62,227 nt of DNA from Desulfobacter sp. (GTDB taxonomy: Bacteria > Desulfobacterota > Desulfobacteria > Desulfobacterales > Desulfobacteraceae), in assembly GCA_030145005.1 (NCBI GenBank), contig JAQYWJ010000001.1, forward strand, positions 1 through 62,227. The letters run 5' to 3'. Under the pieces are notes generated by a model. It was given only the letters and a program-made list of their open reading frames with translations. It ran no database searches and was not told where the DNA came from. The translations under genes and the position numbers were made by a program. Positions 39,613-51,000 of the stretch are shown one piece after another; position 1 is the first letter of the stretch, and each line of letters opens with the position of its first letter.

Positions 39613-40068
39613 CTATAGTTCCAATGTTATAGGTCCGATAGTAACCGTTTGCGTTTCGCCCACAGGTAATAGCTGAAGACCGACATCGACACTCGAGTGT
39701 CTTTCCACTGCAGGGGTTACCGTTACATCCACGATCTCTTCTATGCGTGGTTCTCTTTGCAACGTTTCCAAAATATAAAGCCTGACTAAATTGCGCTTGG
39801 TTTCCGTATTCACTTGACCAATCAGTTCATGCAAACGTGATCCGTATTGCGGATGGCCCAATGGTGTTAACTCGCCCCGTGGGGTAAGCAAGCGCATAAT
39901 GATGGCCTGGGCGAGATTGTCGCGGCCACTGGTAACGGCTAAATCCAAGATCAACCCTTTGCCGCCCGGCCCCAACCGGCGTGTGGAACTTACGTTATAG
40001 ACCGGCCGTAATTCACGATGCATCAGATCCAAGCGCAGGTCTGTTAATAAATGTTGATCTTGAGCCAT
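39613..40068 (-). CDS. GPW/gp25 family baseplate wedge (sheath initiator)
   Basis: NLAQAIIMRLLTPRGEL..HPQYGSRLHELIG and EPRI; start placed at MAQDQ (40068) behind GAGG. Confidence 0.9.
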   Translation of the reverse strand: MAQDQHLLTDLRLDLMHRELRPVYNVSSTRRLGPGGKGLILDLAVTSGRDNLAQAIIMRLLTPRGELTPLGHPQYGSRLHELIGQVNTETKRNLVRLYILETLQREPRIEEIVDVTVTPAVERHSSVDVGLQLLPVGETQTVTIGPITLEL

Positions 40069-40072
40069 ACCA

Positions 40073-40468
40073 CTATCCTCCCACTGAGACGGTTCCCACA
40101 GCAATCACCGTTCCCACCGGCATATCAGCCGGATCATTACATGTCATAGCAGTATCACCATTCTTTGCCGCAGGTTTACCGTTAATCATCACGGCGCCGC
40201 TACCGGTTTGAATCGTCGCTTTGTTACTGGGGGGTGATTGAAAAGATCCCCCCTGGGGAATATGCGATGGTGTATTGCTCGCCTTGCTGCCTTGCACAGC
40301 AGCCGGCTGTCCTTCGATATTGACATCTTCACTTAATCCATCGTCAATTTGCCCGGTAAACGGATGGGGCAAGGGGGTCGGTACCGGCCCTCCCGGTGAA
40401 GGAATCATTACAATATGGGTATCGGTTCCCACAATCTGATCACCTTTTTTTGCTGCCGGCTGTCCCAT
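40073..40468 (-). CDS. PAAR domain spike-tip protein
   Basis: Three PAA-type repeats (QPAAKKGD, QPAAVQGS, KPAAKNGD) plus candidate His/Cys metal ligands. Confidence 0.95.
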   Translation of the reverse strand: MGQPAAKKGDQIVGTDTHIVMIPSPGGPVPTPLPHPFTGQIDDGLSEDVNIEGQPAAVQGSKASNTPSHIPQGGSFQSPPSNKATIQTGSGAVMINGKPAAKNGDTAMTCNDPADMPVGTVIAVGTVSVGG

Positions 40469-40530
40469 ATTTTACGTCCCGTTATCTTTATATATGAAAG
40501 TAAAAAAAATTTATTAAATTACTTTCATGT

Positions 40531-40579
40531 TTCGTTGTGGGTTGAGTCTGGGTGTTGATAGACCAGGTCAGCCCACGGC
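40531..40579. repeat. REP-like palindrome, copy A
   Basis: GTGGGTTGA..CTGG...CCAGGTCAGCCCAC hairpin; related inverted copy at 61963-62006. Confidence 0.55.
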
Positions 40580-40581
40580 TG

Positions 40582-41217
40582 TTAGTTCAAATTAATCACT
40601 GAGCCTTTGAGATTCATTTCACCGGAGGCTTCAATGTTAATACTTCCGCCGCCTTTCATATTAATATCCGCCTGACTTTCGATGGTTATGGCGCCATCCC
40701 GCGCTATGGCCACGCTGCCTTTACCGCCATCCACTTTGATTTCCACCACAGGATCATCGTCTTTAAGATTAAGCTCCAAACCATCACCCAGTTTTAAAAT
40801 CAGTTGGCGGTTGTCGCCGCTGTGCAGCTCGGCGTGTACCGCATCACTGTCGCCGGCGCCTAAGGGCAAATGCATAATGGCCTGGTTGTCATCATTGGCG
40901 GGCGGGCGGTCTTCATCATTGTAAAGCCGGCCGGTAATCACCGGTGCATTGATATCCCCGCCGATAAATTGAACCAGCACTAATTCACCGACGGCCGGAA
41001 TACTGGCGGTACCGATGTGTTGAGTGGCCACCGGCACGTGTTTCAACACAATACCGGAATCCCGCAGCGCCACTGTGCAGGCATAATTATCTTTGTCTGA
41101 ATCGTCGGCATGGGGATGCTGATCTTGAACCACAGCCAGTTCGGCGGTGCGCAGCCGGTTGACTTCCTCCTGCACAATGCGGCGTATCGTATCGAACAAA
41201 GTATGCGGCCCATTCAT
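40582..41217 (-). CDS. Baseplate spike (gpV/gp5 OB-fold + beta-helix)
   Basis: IPAVGELVLVQFIGGDINAPVITGRLYN; C-terminal INIEASGEMNLKGSVINLN. Confidence 0.92.
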   Translation of the reverse strand: MNGPHTLFDTIRRIVQEEVNRLRTAELAVVQDQHPHADDSDKDNYACTVALRDSGIVLKHVPVATQHIGTASIPAVGELVLVQFIGGDINAPVITGRLYNDEDRPPANDDNQAIMHLPLGAGDSDAVHAELHSGDNRQLILKLGDGLELNLKDDDPVVEIKVDGGKGSVAIARDGAITIESQADINMKGGGSINIEASGEMNLKGSVINLN

Positions 41218-42317
41218 GGCAATCCTCCCAATGTCCCGCTCCCACTACCTGCCTGCTTGAAGTGAATAAGACTGGTAAAGCCTTGTTGTTTGGAAAAACG
41301 GTGCATAACGTGACTGACAAAAAACTGACCGTTCATTTCTTCCGTGGGCGCATCGGTAATCTCGATAATACTACCGATGACAACAGCGGGTGCGCCGGGT
41401 GTGAGGATCCGGCCTGTTAAAGTCTGTGAACCCGTTCGACCGGCAACCCCATCCGCTGCAGCCTGGCAGGCATCACTGCTGCGCAAGGTTGCATCCTGGA
41501 TCAGTCGTGCCTTGCCGTCACCGGCTTCAGAAGTCACCGCATCCGGATTTTTGATTAACCAGCTCCAAGCCTCTTGTCCTTCAGCGCCGGCAGCACCTTC
41601 ACCGATGACGGTGACCGCAGTTGCTGATGAGTTATTTTGCTGAATCCGTAACTCAAGAATGTCGTCGGCATAACTGAATTTTTGTGCGGGCTGTCCCGAT
41701 TGTTCAGGGCCGAAGTATAATTTTCCTTCAGTCGTAAAATGGGTGATATAACCGGATTTCCTGGCCAGGCGATGGATATGTTCATAGGCATTGTAACGAT
41801 CATCAATTACATAAAAGGGAAAATCAATGCCCGGCTCAACCACATCCGTATCAACTTCTGCCTGGCTGCACAGGTCACTGACCAAGTCACCGGCTGCCTG
41901 CTGTTCATAACTTTGATTAATGCGTAATTGACTCAATGCGGCACCACCGTTTACCGCCGTGATGTGAACAAGATTCCGGGTGTCATAGTGCAGTTGATCA
42001 ATACGGCCGGTCATGACAATATCCATAGAACTGTCTGCAAACCCCAGTGCAATGGTTCCTTCATCATCAATGGCGACGGCAGGGGCCTGTTCATCATTGG
42101 CAATCATCAGTTTTGTTGTATCAACAGACGGCGCCAGGGATAAATTACAATTGACAGAAACCAGACTACGCTGCCAGGGATCGCCACTGCCACCGTTAAG
42201 CGCTGTAAGATCCGATGCAAGCCCTCCACCGGAAGATGCCGCAAAACCGATCTCGACTCCTGGTTTGCGGACCGTCGGTGGTGAATTATTGCCGCTGACA
42301 AGATCAGTTAATGTCAT
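41214..42317 (-). CDS. Baseplate hub (gp27/gpD-like)
   Basis: MTGRIDQ, HIHRLARKSGY...EGKLYFG and NGQFFVSHVMHRFSKQQGFTS; directly upstream of the spike gene. Confidence 0.85.
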   Translation of the reverse strand: MTLTDLVSGNNSPPTVRKPGVEIGFAASSGGGLASDLTALNGGSGDPWQRSLVSVNCNLSLAPSVDTTKLMIANDEQAPAVAIDDEGTIALGFADSSMDIVMTGRIDQLHYDTRNLVHITAVNGGAALSQLRINQSYEQQAAGDLVSDLCSQAEVDTDVVEPGIDFPFYVIDDRYNAYEHIHRLARKSGYITHFTTEGKLYFGPEQSGQPAQKFSYADDILELRIQQNNSSATAVTVIGEGAAGAEGQEAWSWLIKNPDAVTSEAGDGKARLIQDATLRSSDACQAAADGVAGRTGSQTLTGRILTPGAPAVVIGSIIEITDAPTEEMNGQFFVSHVMHRFSKQQGFTSLIHFKQAGSGSGTLGGLP

Positions 42318-42358
42318 AACGATTCCACGCTTTATTTGTTAATTTATCCATCTTTAAT

Positions 42359-45300
42359 TTACGCTTGTAATTCATCTAAAATATCCTGCAAGTGGCCGCT
42401 GTGCGCCGCGTAATTCTGTCCATAATTATTAAACTGGAATACAAAGTTGGTACTGCCATACAAACGTGAAGTCCGACCCAGCCAATTGAGCGCCTCTTCA
42501 AAGTCAGCGTTGGGGATATTGCTGGGAATCAGCATATTGTGGCCGTAAGTTCGGATATTCCGGTTGCTGTCATAGACATGCTCCAGCACTGAGTTATTTA
42601 ACATAAAACCTTTCCAGGTGTTTCGTACCGCATTCCCCCATGGTGTACCCGGCGCACCATCATATATTGGAATGACTACATCGGAGACAGGCTGGATAGC
42701 CGGCCAGTTCAACCGGTTCACGGTCGCACCGAACCAGATCGGGAACAGGTATTTGCCGGCATGGTTTGCTCTGATCCAGCGCGCAAGATTCTGAACGGCA
42801 GCGGTGGCATTCAAGCCGGCCACATTGTACCACTCCAGGTCAAAAGCAACGCCAATAAATGAATTATGGGCTCGGAAAGTATCAAAGACTTCCTGAACGA
42901 TGGCTTCGACATCCTCATCATGCCCAACATTTTTTAAACCCAGATTAATGGTAGCCCACATGTTGGCGGCATCCATCCGTGTCAGCAGGGCGTCGAGATT
43001 TGGATTTGGATCGACAAAATTGAATACGGGGTGACCATGCGGTTGTGCTGCATTCAGGTTTGTATCGTAAAATGCATTGGGCCGTGTTGCACCTGCCTGT
43101 GGCACGACAGTGACAATATCAGCGTAATCAAGGTGACTTGCCGTAAAATCATTAAAGACTGTCTGGTCGCCGTTTGCAGCTCTGATATCATTGATGTCAA
43201 ATTGATAGACGCCCGCCGGGAATCCAATGTCATAATCCCTGCGATCCACATGCAGTACATAACGCCGATCAACTGTTGTCGGGTCTGTGTTCAACATGAT
43301 TCTTTCAAATTGCATATGGCTGAAATGATTCCGTAAAGCCTGTGCAACAGCCGTGTCCGGCCACGGCAGCAGAATATCGGTTGCACCAATCCGGTTGGCT
43401 CTTGTATTAAATCGATTTCCGCCACTGCGATCGATATCAGCGGCATCGCCGAACATATGCCGGATCTGATTTATTCGATAGCCTGATTGACCATTGACTG
43501 TACGCAGGACATGGCAATCATTGATTTTATCCGGCGGTACAAAGCCGGTTCTGACAATAAATTCTTCATTGGCGCCGAATGCCGCCCGCAGTGCCTCCAT
43601 ACCAGTCAGAAATGTTCGTTTGGACAAGGGCATATAACGTAATACCTGCGGCGGATTATTACCGCTGAGCGTCTGTTCCTTCCAAAAAAACTGTTCAAGA
43701 TAGATATGTCCGGACAAGTCGGTGTAACTGCGTTCACCGGCACCGGGGAAACGGTAGAATTCATCCGGGGCCCGGTGTTGTGTCTGTGCAGCGGCGAGAT
43801 TGGCGCCTGCCAGGGGTTTATGAAACTCCAGTCCGGTTTCGTCAAATGTCGGATACGTACCGATCTCCCTGCGCAGATCACGGGTCGCCCGGTGCCAATC
43901 CGCCGTCAGGTCGGCAGTCTCGACATCACGCAAATAAGGTATGAGTGCGACGACACGAAAAATACGTCGTGTATCCCCCCAGGTTTCTTCTGTTCCATCA
44001 GCAAGTCTGATACGCAGTTGGCCGCCGTCGATTCGAACTCGCAGGCAATAACGGCGATGAACACCCGGTTCTACATCGTTGAACCGGAACCGCCTGCGCC
44101 AGGGCGCCGTCGCTTCACTCTGGGTGACATGAACAAAAACATGCTCCGGAATAATCAGATAATAATCCCTGCCGGCTGTTATCTCAGTATCCATTTTCGG
44201 ATCGAATTCACCGGGCCGAACACCGGGTCTGAGTATCTGCGCATCCGGACTATTCGCCAATGTAATGGTTTGCTGGTAAGAGGTTGGCTCTGTCGTATGT
44301 AAATAGGGCCGCCGATCAACATTCAGCGTTATCGGTGTACCGGCAAAATCCATGTCATTGTGTCTCGAATCCGGCCAGCGCAAAGTGAAATGAAGCATGC
44401 TTAATGGGCGTTCATCCGGCCGGACAATCCATAGATTCCCTGCCAACTCATCTCTCCAACCCAAGGTGCCTGGCGGGTTGGCATTATAAAGGGCTTCACT
44501 GGCGGGTCGAGTCGCTGCATTGCCTATCAGATTGATGTCAGCGTTATTTGCTCCGCCATGCGCCGCTGCGTAGTCAACCTGATACAATTGCACCATGAGC
44601 CGGCGGAATGCATAGTATTCAGGGGATACGACACAACCCGCAGAACTGCAGCCGACGCCGTTAGCGATACTGAAATGCAACCGTATCTGCGTTTTCCCGG
44701 GGCCGCCGTCAACAGGATTTGCCCCGTGTGCGGCTGAATCAGGTGTCACGGAATAATCGGTGTCATGATGCTCACGACCAAAGTAGAATCGGTTTTCACG
44801 AACGCCATCATAGGCTTCGCCATGATCTCTGATCAGAAAGCTGTAATTTCTAAAATCATTCGTTGAACGGCTACTGGCGAAATCATAACGCTGATTTCCC
44901 CTGATTGATGACAGGTTCTGACTCCCTCTGACATTGTGTCGCTTGCTGTACGTATTCCACCTGAACGGCCTCGTGCCGTGAACGGTACCGTCCTTAATGA
45001 TAAACAAGGCGCCGTCGAAATGATCATACCCTCTGACAGCGGCATGTGGACCACCATTCAAGTTATAATTCACAGCGGGTAACCGGCCGCTGAGGCCGGC
45101 GGGGATATGCCAGGCCGTCTGCCCGCCGTCCAGATCCGGTTCACCATCTATAGTAACGATATCATTGGCGTTATCAATATCAAGAATACGGTAAGTTTTA
45201 CCTGGACGAATCCGGTCATCAGGCAGGTAGATGGTGTCAAAGCGTTTGTTCACACGTGATAATTGATCAATCGTCCCGGCAGGAATGGGGGGAATATCAA

Positions 45301-48046
45301 GATGGATTCTGTCTTTGGCAACGGAAGCCATTAACCCGCGAAGGGTACCGCCCCTGTTAAGATCGATATGCCACTCAGATTGATTGTCAGCCAGATCCGG
45401 TGTGCCATTGAGCATCAGTGTGTCAGCTTCATTATCGAAACTGCTGATCAGGTATTCTTTATCAAGTCTTCCCCGATCGGCCTCAAGGACAATGCGATCG
45501 GTACCGGCAGTGAGGCGGCTGAGGTCGACGCCGCTGTCCAGTTTAATAATGCGACCTTCAGAAACAGCTGCGGTACCGGTTAACTGGGAGGTATCCCTGG
45601 CGCCAAAACCGTCAATAATGACCACATGCCAATCGCTGGTAAAATCGACACGTGTACCAGGCATGTCCGGCATGTTTGCACCGGTATCGCGCGGAATTAA
45701 TGGGCGCCACGGGTCATTAAAATTAAAATAGAATTCGGTAATGGCTTCCAGTTGAAATAAGTTTTGCCAGTCTTCATCATCAAACTCGAACAGGGCTGCA
45801 GTACTGTCTGCAGGGGCATGGCCGGAGCGTTTCAGCAGGCGGGCCTTCCACAAATCTTTCTGATTATTGCCTACAGTACGCCATTGCGCGGAACTCAGTC
45901 CATGGCTGCGCCGAATGTCATTTAATACCGACATGGGATAGAGCTGGTTTCGGGTGCCGGCAATCGCCTCGGCAGGTGTGAGTGCAGGATCTATGACCGG
46001 CCAGCGGACAGGGATCAACTCCAGTAACTGATCAACCGCAGATTGTCCTTCCGTGACAAATTCACGCATCCAGTTATAGCTGTGTGCCGGATCAATTTGC
46101 CCATGGTTGTTTATCACCGCAAAGCCAAGCTGCCTTTGTCCGGCAGGCGCATTTTGTGTGGATGCATTGGCAATAATATCGCCGGCTTCGATTTCCAGGG
46201 TGATCTGGCCGCGCACAAACAGCGCGGCCCGTTGATTTCGATTGAGGGTGCCGGAGCCTTCCGGCAGTGTTGCGGCATCTAGCTGGGATCCTAGCCTAGT
46301 TTCCAGGGAGGCCGTTTCGATATTCAGATAGGTGAAACCGGTAATATTGCCGAGCCCATTGGCGCGATCACGAAACCGGGCATTGTTGGCAAGATGTTCT
46401 GCAAGATGCAGATAGACGGTAACCGTTGCAGGCAGAGGCTCATCCGCTACCGGAACAGAGGCAACAGGCGGTGCGGGACCGCCCGCCACTGCCTCAATAG
46501 CAGGCGGGTTCATGGAGAGGATACCATCCGATGCGGCAATGACTTCACCGTTTTCAGTCGTTTTTACTGCTGCATGGGAATGGAAAGTGCCTCCGGTTTG
46601 TCCATAGGTATATTCCAACGTCCAGTCAGCGAGAGTAATAAACAACCTCAAGGGTTGGCGCATGATGACGGTGAAGGGATGCTCCAATAATGTGCTCTCG
46701 GCTATTCTGTCGGCAGATTCGGCCAGCACCGCTGTTAGCAGGACATCCTCATGTTCATGCGTGGCCGCTGTCGCCGTACCTGTAACAATAGCTTCTCTGA
46801 CAGGTGTCGCGGCAACTGCATCAACATCGGCATTGGCTGCACCCTCTGATGTTCTTATGTTCCAGGCAATATTATTTGGCAGGGGATCAGGTTGTACGAT
46901 TGCCCTGACCGTAGTTTCTTCACCAAGATCCAGAAACCTGGGGAACGGACTGCCATCAGCCAACTGTAATTGAATAGTGGCGACTGTTATGGAATGGTTA
47001 ATGCGTATATCCGGCGGTGTCAGGGTAGTGGTAAAGGTAAGTTGCAATTCTGCATCACCGGCCGCCGCACTTACGGCTGTCGTGTTGAGTGTGATTTGTG
47101 AAGCACTGACATCGGTACCGGCCGGAAAGCCGATTTTGTCAGCACCTTGTGTAATCTGCCAATTGATGGTCTGCAGCACGCCGGCAGGTGATAATTCCGC
47201 GCGCAGGACCAATGTTTTATTCAAGCCCAGAATATGGGACATTTCAGTATTGCCGGTTTCACCTGTCAGTATTGTTGCCCGGATAATGGACAGGGATTGA
47301 ACCGCCATCAGGGCGGGGCCTTCTTCAGGCTTGAAGAGTAAACAGACTTTTCGATCGCCCAATGCTTCACTGGCAAGTATGCCTTTCAGCCTGCTGTTCG
47401 TTGCATGCAAAGGGATATCTGCACTTGACGATTGGGCAGTGGATGCAGAGGTGGTTTCAGATCCTGATGCCGCTTCCGATTCAGGTTCAGGTTCAGGTAT
47501 CGGTAACACCTGTAGTGCTTCGGGTGTGGCGCTAAACCAGTAAAACTGTCCCGTTCCTCCAGGCTCGGTGTTTGCCGTTAAATTAATCTCGTCACCAGCC
47601 GGAATATAAGCGGGGACCGGGTCAGTCCCATTTTCCAGGCGGATATTTACCGAGGTATCGATGGGGCCGACCGTCAGTGGAAAACTCTTTTCCTTGTCGC
47701 CATTAACAATAATATCCAGATACAAATCCACTTCTTCACTGGGGGTTGCGGCGCCGGCAAAGATTTCATACACGCCTGTGGCATTTTCGGTGAGTGTTTT
47801 CGAGAACACTTCACTGCCGGCACTATCAAACCGGACCCTGGGTTGCTGGTTGTCGCTTGAGGCCCGGAATCGGATTTCAACCTCGCCATTTTCCAGCACC
47901 GGCTCCCATTCAACCTTGACGAGCAGATATGATGATGAATTTGCAGCAAACCGGTCTGCACACGCTACTGTGACATTGGCTTGCCAGCGGTCTGCCCAAC
48001 ACAGGGTTCCTCGCTTGACTTTTCCTGCGACAATTTCAAATGGCAT
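42359..48046 (-). CDS. Giant multidomain putative cell-wall-degrading effector (Ig-like; L,D-transpeptidase-like; M15 peptidase; glycosidase-like)
   Basis: 1895 aa; RLHFSIANGVGCSSAGCVV; EALRAAFG...HMFGDAADID...LHVDRR; IGVAFDLEWY. Confidence 0.65.
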   Translation of the reverse strand: MPFEIVAGKVKRGTLCWADRWQANVTVACADRFAANSSSYLLVKVEWEPVLENGEVEIRFRASSDNQQPRVRFDSAGSEVFSKTLTENATGVYEIFAGAATPSEEVDLYLDIIVNGDKEKSFPLTVGPIDTSVNIRLENGTDPVPAYIPAGDEINLTANTEPGGTGQFYWFSATPEALQVLPIPEPEPESEAASGSETTSASTAQSSSADIPLHATNSRLKGILASEALGDRKVCLLFKPEEGPALMAVQSLSIIRATILTGETGNTEMSHILGLNKTLVLRAELSPAGVLQTINWQITQGADKIGFPAGTDVSASQITLNTTAVSAAAGDAELQLTFTTTLTPPDIRINHSITVATIQLQLADGSPFPRFLDLGEETTVRAIVQPDPLPNNIAWNIRTSEGAANADVDAVAATPVREAIVTGTATAATHEHEDVLLTAVLAESADRIAESTLLEHPFTVIMRQPLRLFITLADWTLEYTYGQTGGTFHSHAAVKTTENGEVIAASDGILSMNPPAIEAVAGGPAPPVASVPVADEPLPATVTVYLHLAEHLANNARFRDRANGLGNITGFTYLNIETASLETRLGSQLDAATLPEGSGTLNRNQRAALFVRGQITLEIEAGDIIANASTQNAPAGQRQLGFAVINNHGQIDPAHSYNWMREFVTEGQSAVDQLLELIPVRWPVIDPALTPAEAIAGTRNQLYPMSVLNDIRRSHGLSSAQWRTVGNNQKDLWKARLLKRSGHAPADSTAALFEFDDEDWQNLFQLEAITEFYFNFNDPWRPLIPRDTGANMPDMPGTRVDFTSDWHVVIIDGFGARDTSQLTGTAAVSEGRIIKLDSGVDLSRLTAGTDRIVLEADRGRLDKEYLISSFDNEADTLMLNGTPDLADNQSEWHIDLNRGGTLRGLMASVAKDRIHLDIPPIPAGTIDQLSRVNKRFDTIYLPDDRIRPGKTYRILDIDNANDIVTIDGEPDLDGGQTAWHIPAGLSGRLPAVNYNLNGGPHAAVRGYDHFDGALFIIKDGTVHGTRPFRWNTYSKRHNVRGSQNLSSIRGNQRYDFASSRSTNDFRNYSFLIRDHGEAYDGVRENRFYFGREHHDTDYSVTPDSAAHGANPVDGGPGKTQIRLHFSIANGVGCSSAGCVVSPEYYAFRRLMVQLYQVDYAAAHGGANNADINLIGNAATRPASEALYNANPPGTLGWRDELAGNLWIVRPDERPLSMLHFTLRWPDSRHNDMDFAGTPITLNVDRRPYLHTTEPTSYQQTITLANSPDAQILRPGVRPGEFDPKMDTEITAGRDYYLIIPEHVFVHVTQSEATAPWRRRFRFNDVEPGVHRRYCLRVRIDGGQLRIRLADGTEETWGDTRRIFRVVALIPYLRDVETADLTADWHRATRDLRREIGTYPTFDETGLEFHKPLAGANLAAAQTQHRAPDEFYRFPGAGERSYTDLSGHIYLEQFFWKEQTLSGNNPPQVLRYMPLSKRTFLTGMEALRAAFGANEEFIVRTGFVPPDKINDCHVLRTVNGQSGYRINQIRHMFGDAADIDRSGGNRFNTRANRIGATDILLPWPDTAVAQALRNHFSHMQFERIMLNTDPTTVDRRYVLHVDRRDYDIGFPAGVYQFDINDIRAANGDQTVFNDFTASHLDYADIVTVVPQAGATRPNAFYDTNLNAAQPHGHPVFNFVDPNPNLDALLTRMDAANMWATINLGLKNVGHDEDVEAIVQEVFDTFRAHNSFIGVAFDLEWYNVAGLNATAAVQNLARWIRANHAGKYLFPIWFGATVNRLNWPAIQPVSDVVIPIYDGAPGTPWGNAVRNTWKGFMLNNSVLEHVYDSNRNIRTYGHNMLIPSNIPNADFEEALNWLGRTSRLYGSTNFVFQFNNYGQNYAAHSGHLQDILDELQA

Positions 48047-48077
48047 AGCTATTATTCATCTCTTAAATGTTATCCGT

Positions 48078-51000
48078 TTAAGTGATATTCACAGTAAAAG
48101 TTTTTTCCACAATCGCACCAAAATTATTTCCGGTGCCGGTCCATGTCTTACCAACCCAACGCAATTCATGCAGATAAAGTTTTTGTAAGGTTACTTCCAG
48201 ATTGTCATTTTTTGTCGGCGGAGAAAAAGTCGCATCCGTATCAAAATCGGGTTGATAAGAGATAAGCAATGTTTCTGCGGCTGCCGGCGTTGCGGCCGGA
48301 ACCGTACAGGTCAGGGGTATTTCTCCATCATTATCTGTTGCACGGTATAAGTCGGTTGCCGGCGGCGCTGATGGTGCATGTCGACCATGCAGGGTGTTCG
48401 GACCGGGAGCGGCATCCAGCGTATAGTGTCCGGGAGTGCCTGTCTGAACAGTAATTTTTATGTTGTAACCGGGCAAGGATTCACCTATAGCATTCTTGAC
48501 TTGTATGATCAGGGTCTTAGCGTTGCCGGAAGCAACATTGATCTGGTCGATTGCCGGACCGGCGGAGCCGCCTATTTGCTCTGAAACGGAAATAACGGGC
48601 ATAAGTTGATTGTTGACTTCAAAAATTGACTGAATGATTTGTGCTATGTCGGGATCTATTCCATAGGCACGGCTCAATACCTGCAACAGGTATTGTCGTG
48701 AGGCATTATTGTTTTGCTCACTGGTGGGTGATTCCGGAAAATCACGCAGGGCTTGACGGAATATATTACAAAAGAGCTGACTCTTATCACTCGACAGGTG
48801 GTTATTATGCCGATACCAAAAACAGCCGGCATCGGCAAACAGTAATTCCGGCTCGATCAGTGCATGATGCATTTGCCATAATGTATTGGCAAGGTAACCT
48901 TCATTTTGCATACCCTTTCCGGGATCATCAAATGTGGGTGCAGCGGCGCTTGTCGCACCGCCATACAGGTATTGAGGTACTATTGAGCCTGGAATGGGGT
49001 TTTTGTTGGCATCATACTGGACTGTACGAATGTCAGCTAATGTTCCCTTGCCACCGGACATCTTAAAACCGCGCAGCGGATTGATATTGCCGAATTCACA
49101 ACCGCTTCCCCAAAACATTTGATGATATTGCGCATAGGCCTCGGTAAAGGCAAGGTTAGGAGAAATGATGTCACGTCTTTGATGTGTCCCCCCCACCCTG
49201 GCATAAGGGATTTCCGGGTGACATGAATAATCAAAAATCCAATGGGCCATTTCATGGGCAATGGTTGAGTCGTCCCAGGCATCATGACTACGGCCGCTTG
49301 GATCCTCTCCTAGATTAATAGTATCGGCTCCCCATCCGTGTGAACTACCTCGTGTGGAGCGCATATTGAAATAGAGTTCGAGGTCTTTATCTTCCCAGCG
49401 ATGGCCGGCATCATCTTCACGGGTGATATGTCTTAACCAATGTTGCGCCTGGCGAACCACTTTCAGAACGTTTGTTGCGGAATGCATTTTTTCAACATGG
49501 TTAAAGTAATGTCGCTTGTCATACCTGTCTTCGGAATAGTCATCAGACGGGTTGGTTTCGATCTCACTGACTGAATTATCAGGGCCTGCTGATATACGCA
49601 GACCGAGTTCATCCCGCCAATCTTCATCGGCCTCGCAGCAGATTGAAATATCCGGCAGTGCTTCACCCAAATCAAACAGATTGGCATGGAAATCGGTGTG
49701 GATACGTAACAGGCGGACTTGATTATGGGCGGTATCGCTGACAATAAGCAGACCATGAGAGTTGAGCACGGCATTCGATGGATTATCGAGCCTTATTAAC
49801 CGGGATAATTCAGTGTCGTAAGTACGGTGGTGAATGATAGCGCCGGAACTCGTATGACCTGTCACTTGTTGCCTGACAAAGTTCATAAAATCCCAATAGG
49901 CAAGCACGGAACCGGTTTGATCCATCAGCAGGATTCGGTTATTCCCCCTGTCTGTTACCAGCAGTTCAATAACGGTAGTGTTTTGAAATTTATTTTCTAC
50001 AATCGAAATACCGGAAGGGGCAGCGAACGCCAGGCTTGCATTTGTGGGCGTTATCTCACGTAGATAATTATCCTCGTCATCATACTTGAGGATACGATTT
50101 TTTCCGGTATCAGCGACATAAAGATAGCCGGCAGAGTCTGAAGTCACATCTTCAGGGTTGCTGAGTGAGTCACCAGGAGCCGCTTCAATCAGATGACTTA
50201 TCCCGCCATGAGCATCAATTCGCTTGATGCGGTCGTTCCCTTGCTCAGCAACATAGAGGGCGCTACCACTTTCACGACTGACATATTCAATACCTCGTGG
50301 GTTATTAAACTCGTTATCATGTATCCCCCCTTCACCCCATTTGCTGACAAAAGTGCCACTCAGGTCGAACTCCTGGATACGGTTGTTGTTTGTGTCCGCG
50401 ACAAAAATCTTATCCGAGGCATTGTTGATAACCAGCCCTGCAGGGGAATCCATTTCACCATCCGCGCTACCCTGTGTTCCGCCACCCGTGGCTTGTAATG
50501 CCCCGGATGAGTCGAATTTTTGAAATCGATGACTGTTTTTATCTGCTACATAGATGTTATCGCTGTTATCGACAGACAGGCCTTGTGGTTCATTGAAGCC
50601 ACCCCATTTGAGAAGATAGCTGCCGGCGGGATCAAATTTTTTTACTTCATTTGAGGCAATGTCACTGTCACTGACATAAATATTATTGCTTGAGTCAATG
50701 GTAATCCCTATGGGTGAGTGTAATTGTTCACCAACAGGGCCGGACGTACCAAAAGAATCAATGTGCACCCCTGCGGAATCAAATTTTTGTACTCGATGAT
50801 TATTATGATCAACAACAAACACATTATCGCTACTGTCTATCGCTATACCTTTAGGTTCATCAAATTCCCCGTCCCGACGGCCACTGCCACCCCATTTGGT
50901 AATAGAAACACCACTGCTGTCAAACTTTTGAACTCTGTTGTTTCTTCCATCGCTTACATATATATTATCTGAACTATCAACAGCAACAGAGTGTGGCTGG

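Noticed and set aside
39613-40104. Longer 163 aa version of the gp25 ORF
   Set aside because: It overlaps the PAAR gene by 32 nt; the ATG at 40068 has a better ribosome-binding site.
43706-44302. 198 aa plus-strand ORF and similar antisense or alternate-frame ORFs across the window (e.g. 11907-12515, 17987-18583, 26455-27087, 51476-52099)
   Set aside because: They lie wholly within well-supported genes and have no recognisable motifs.
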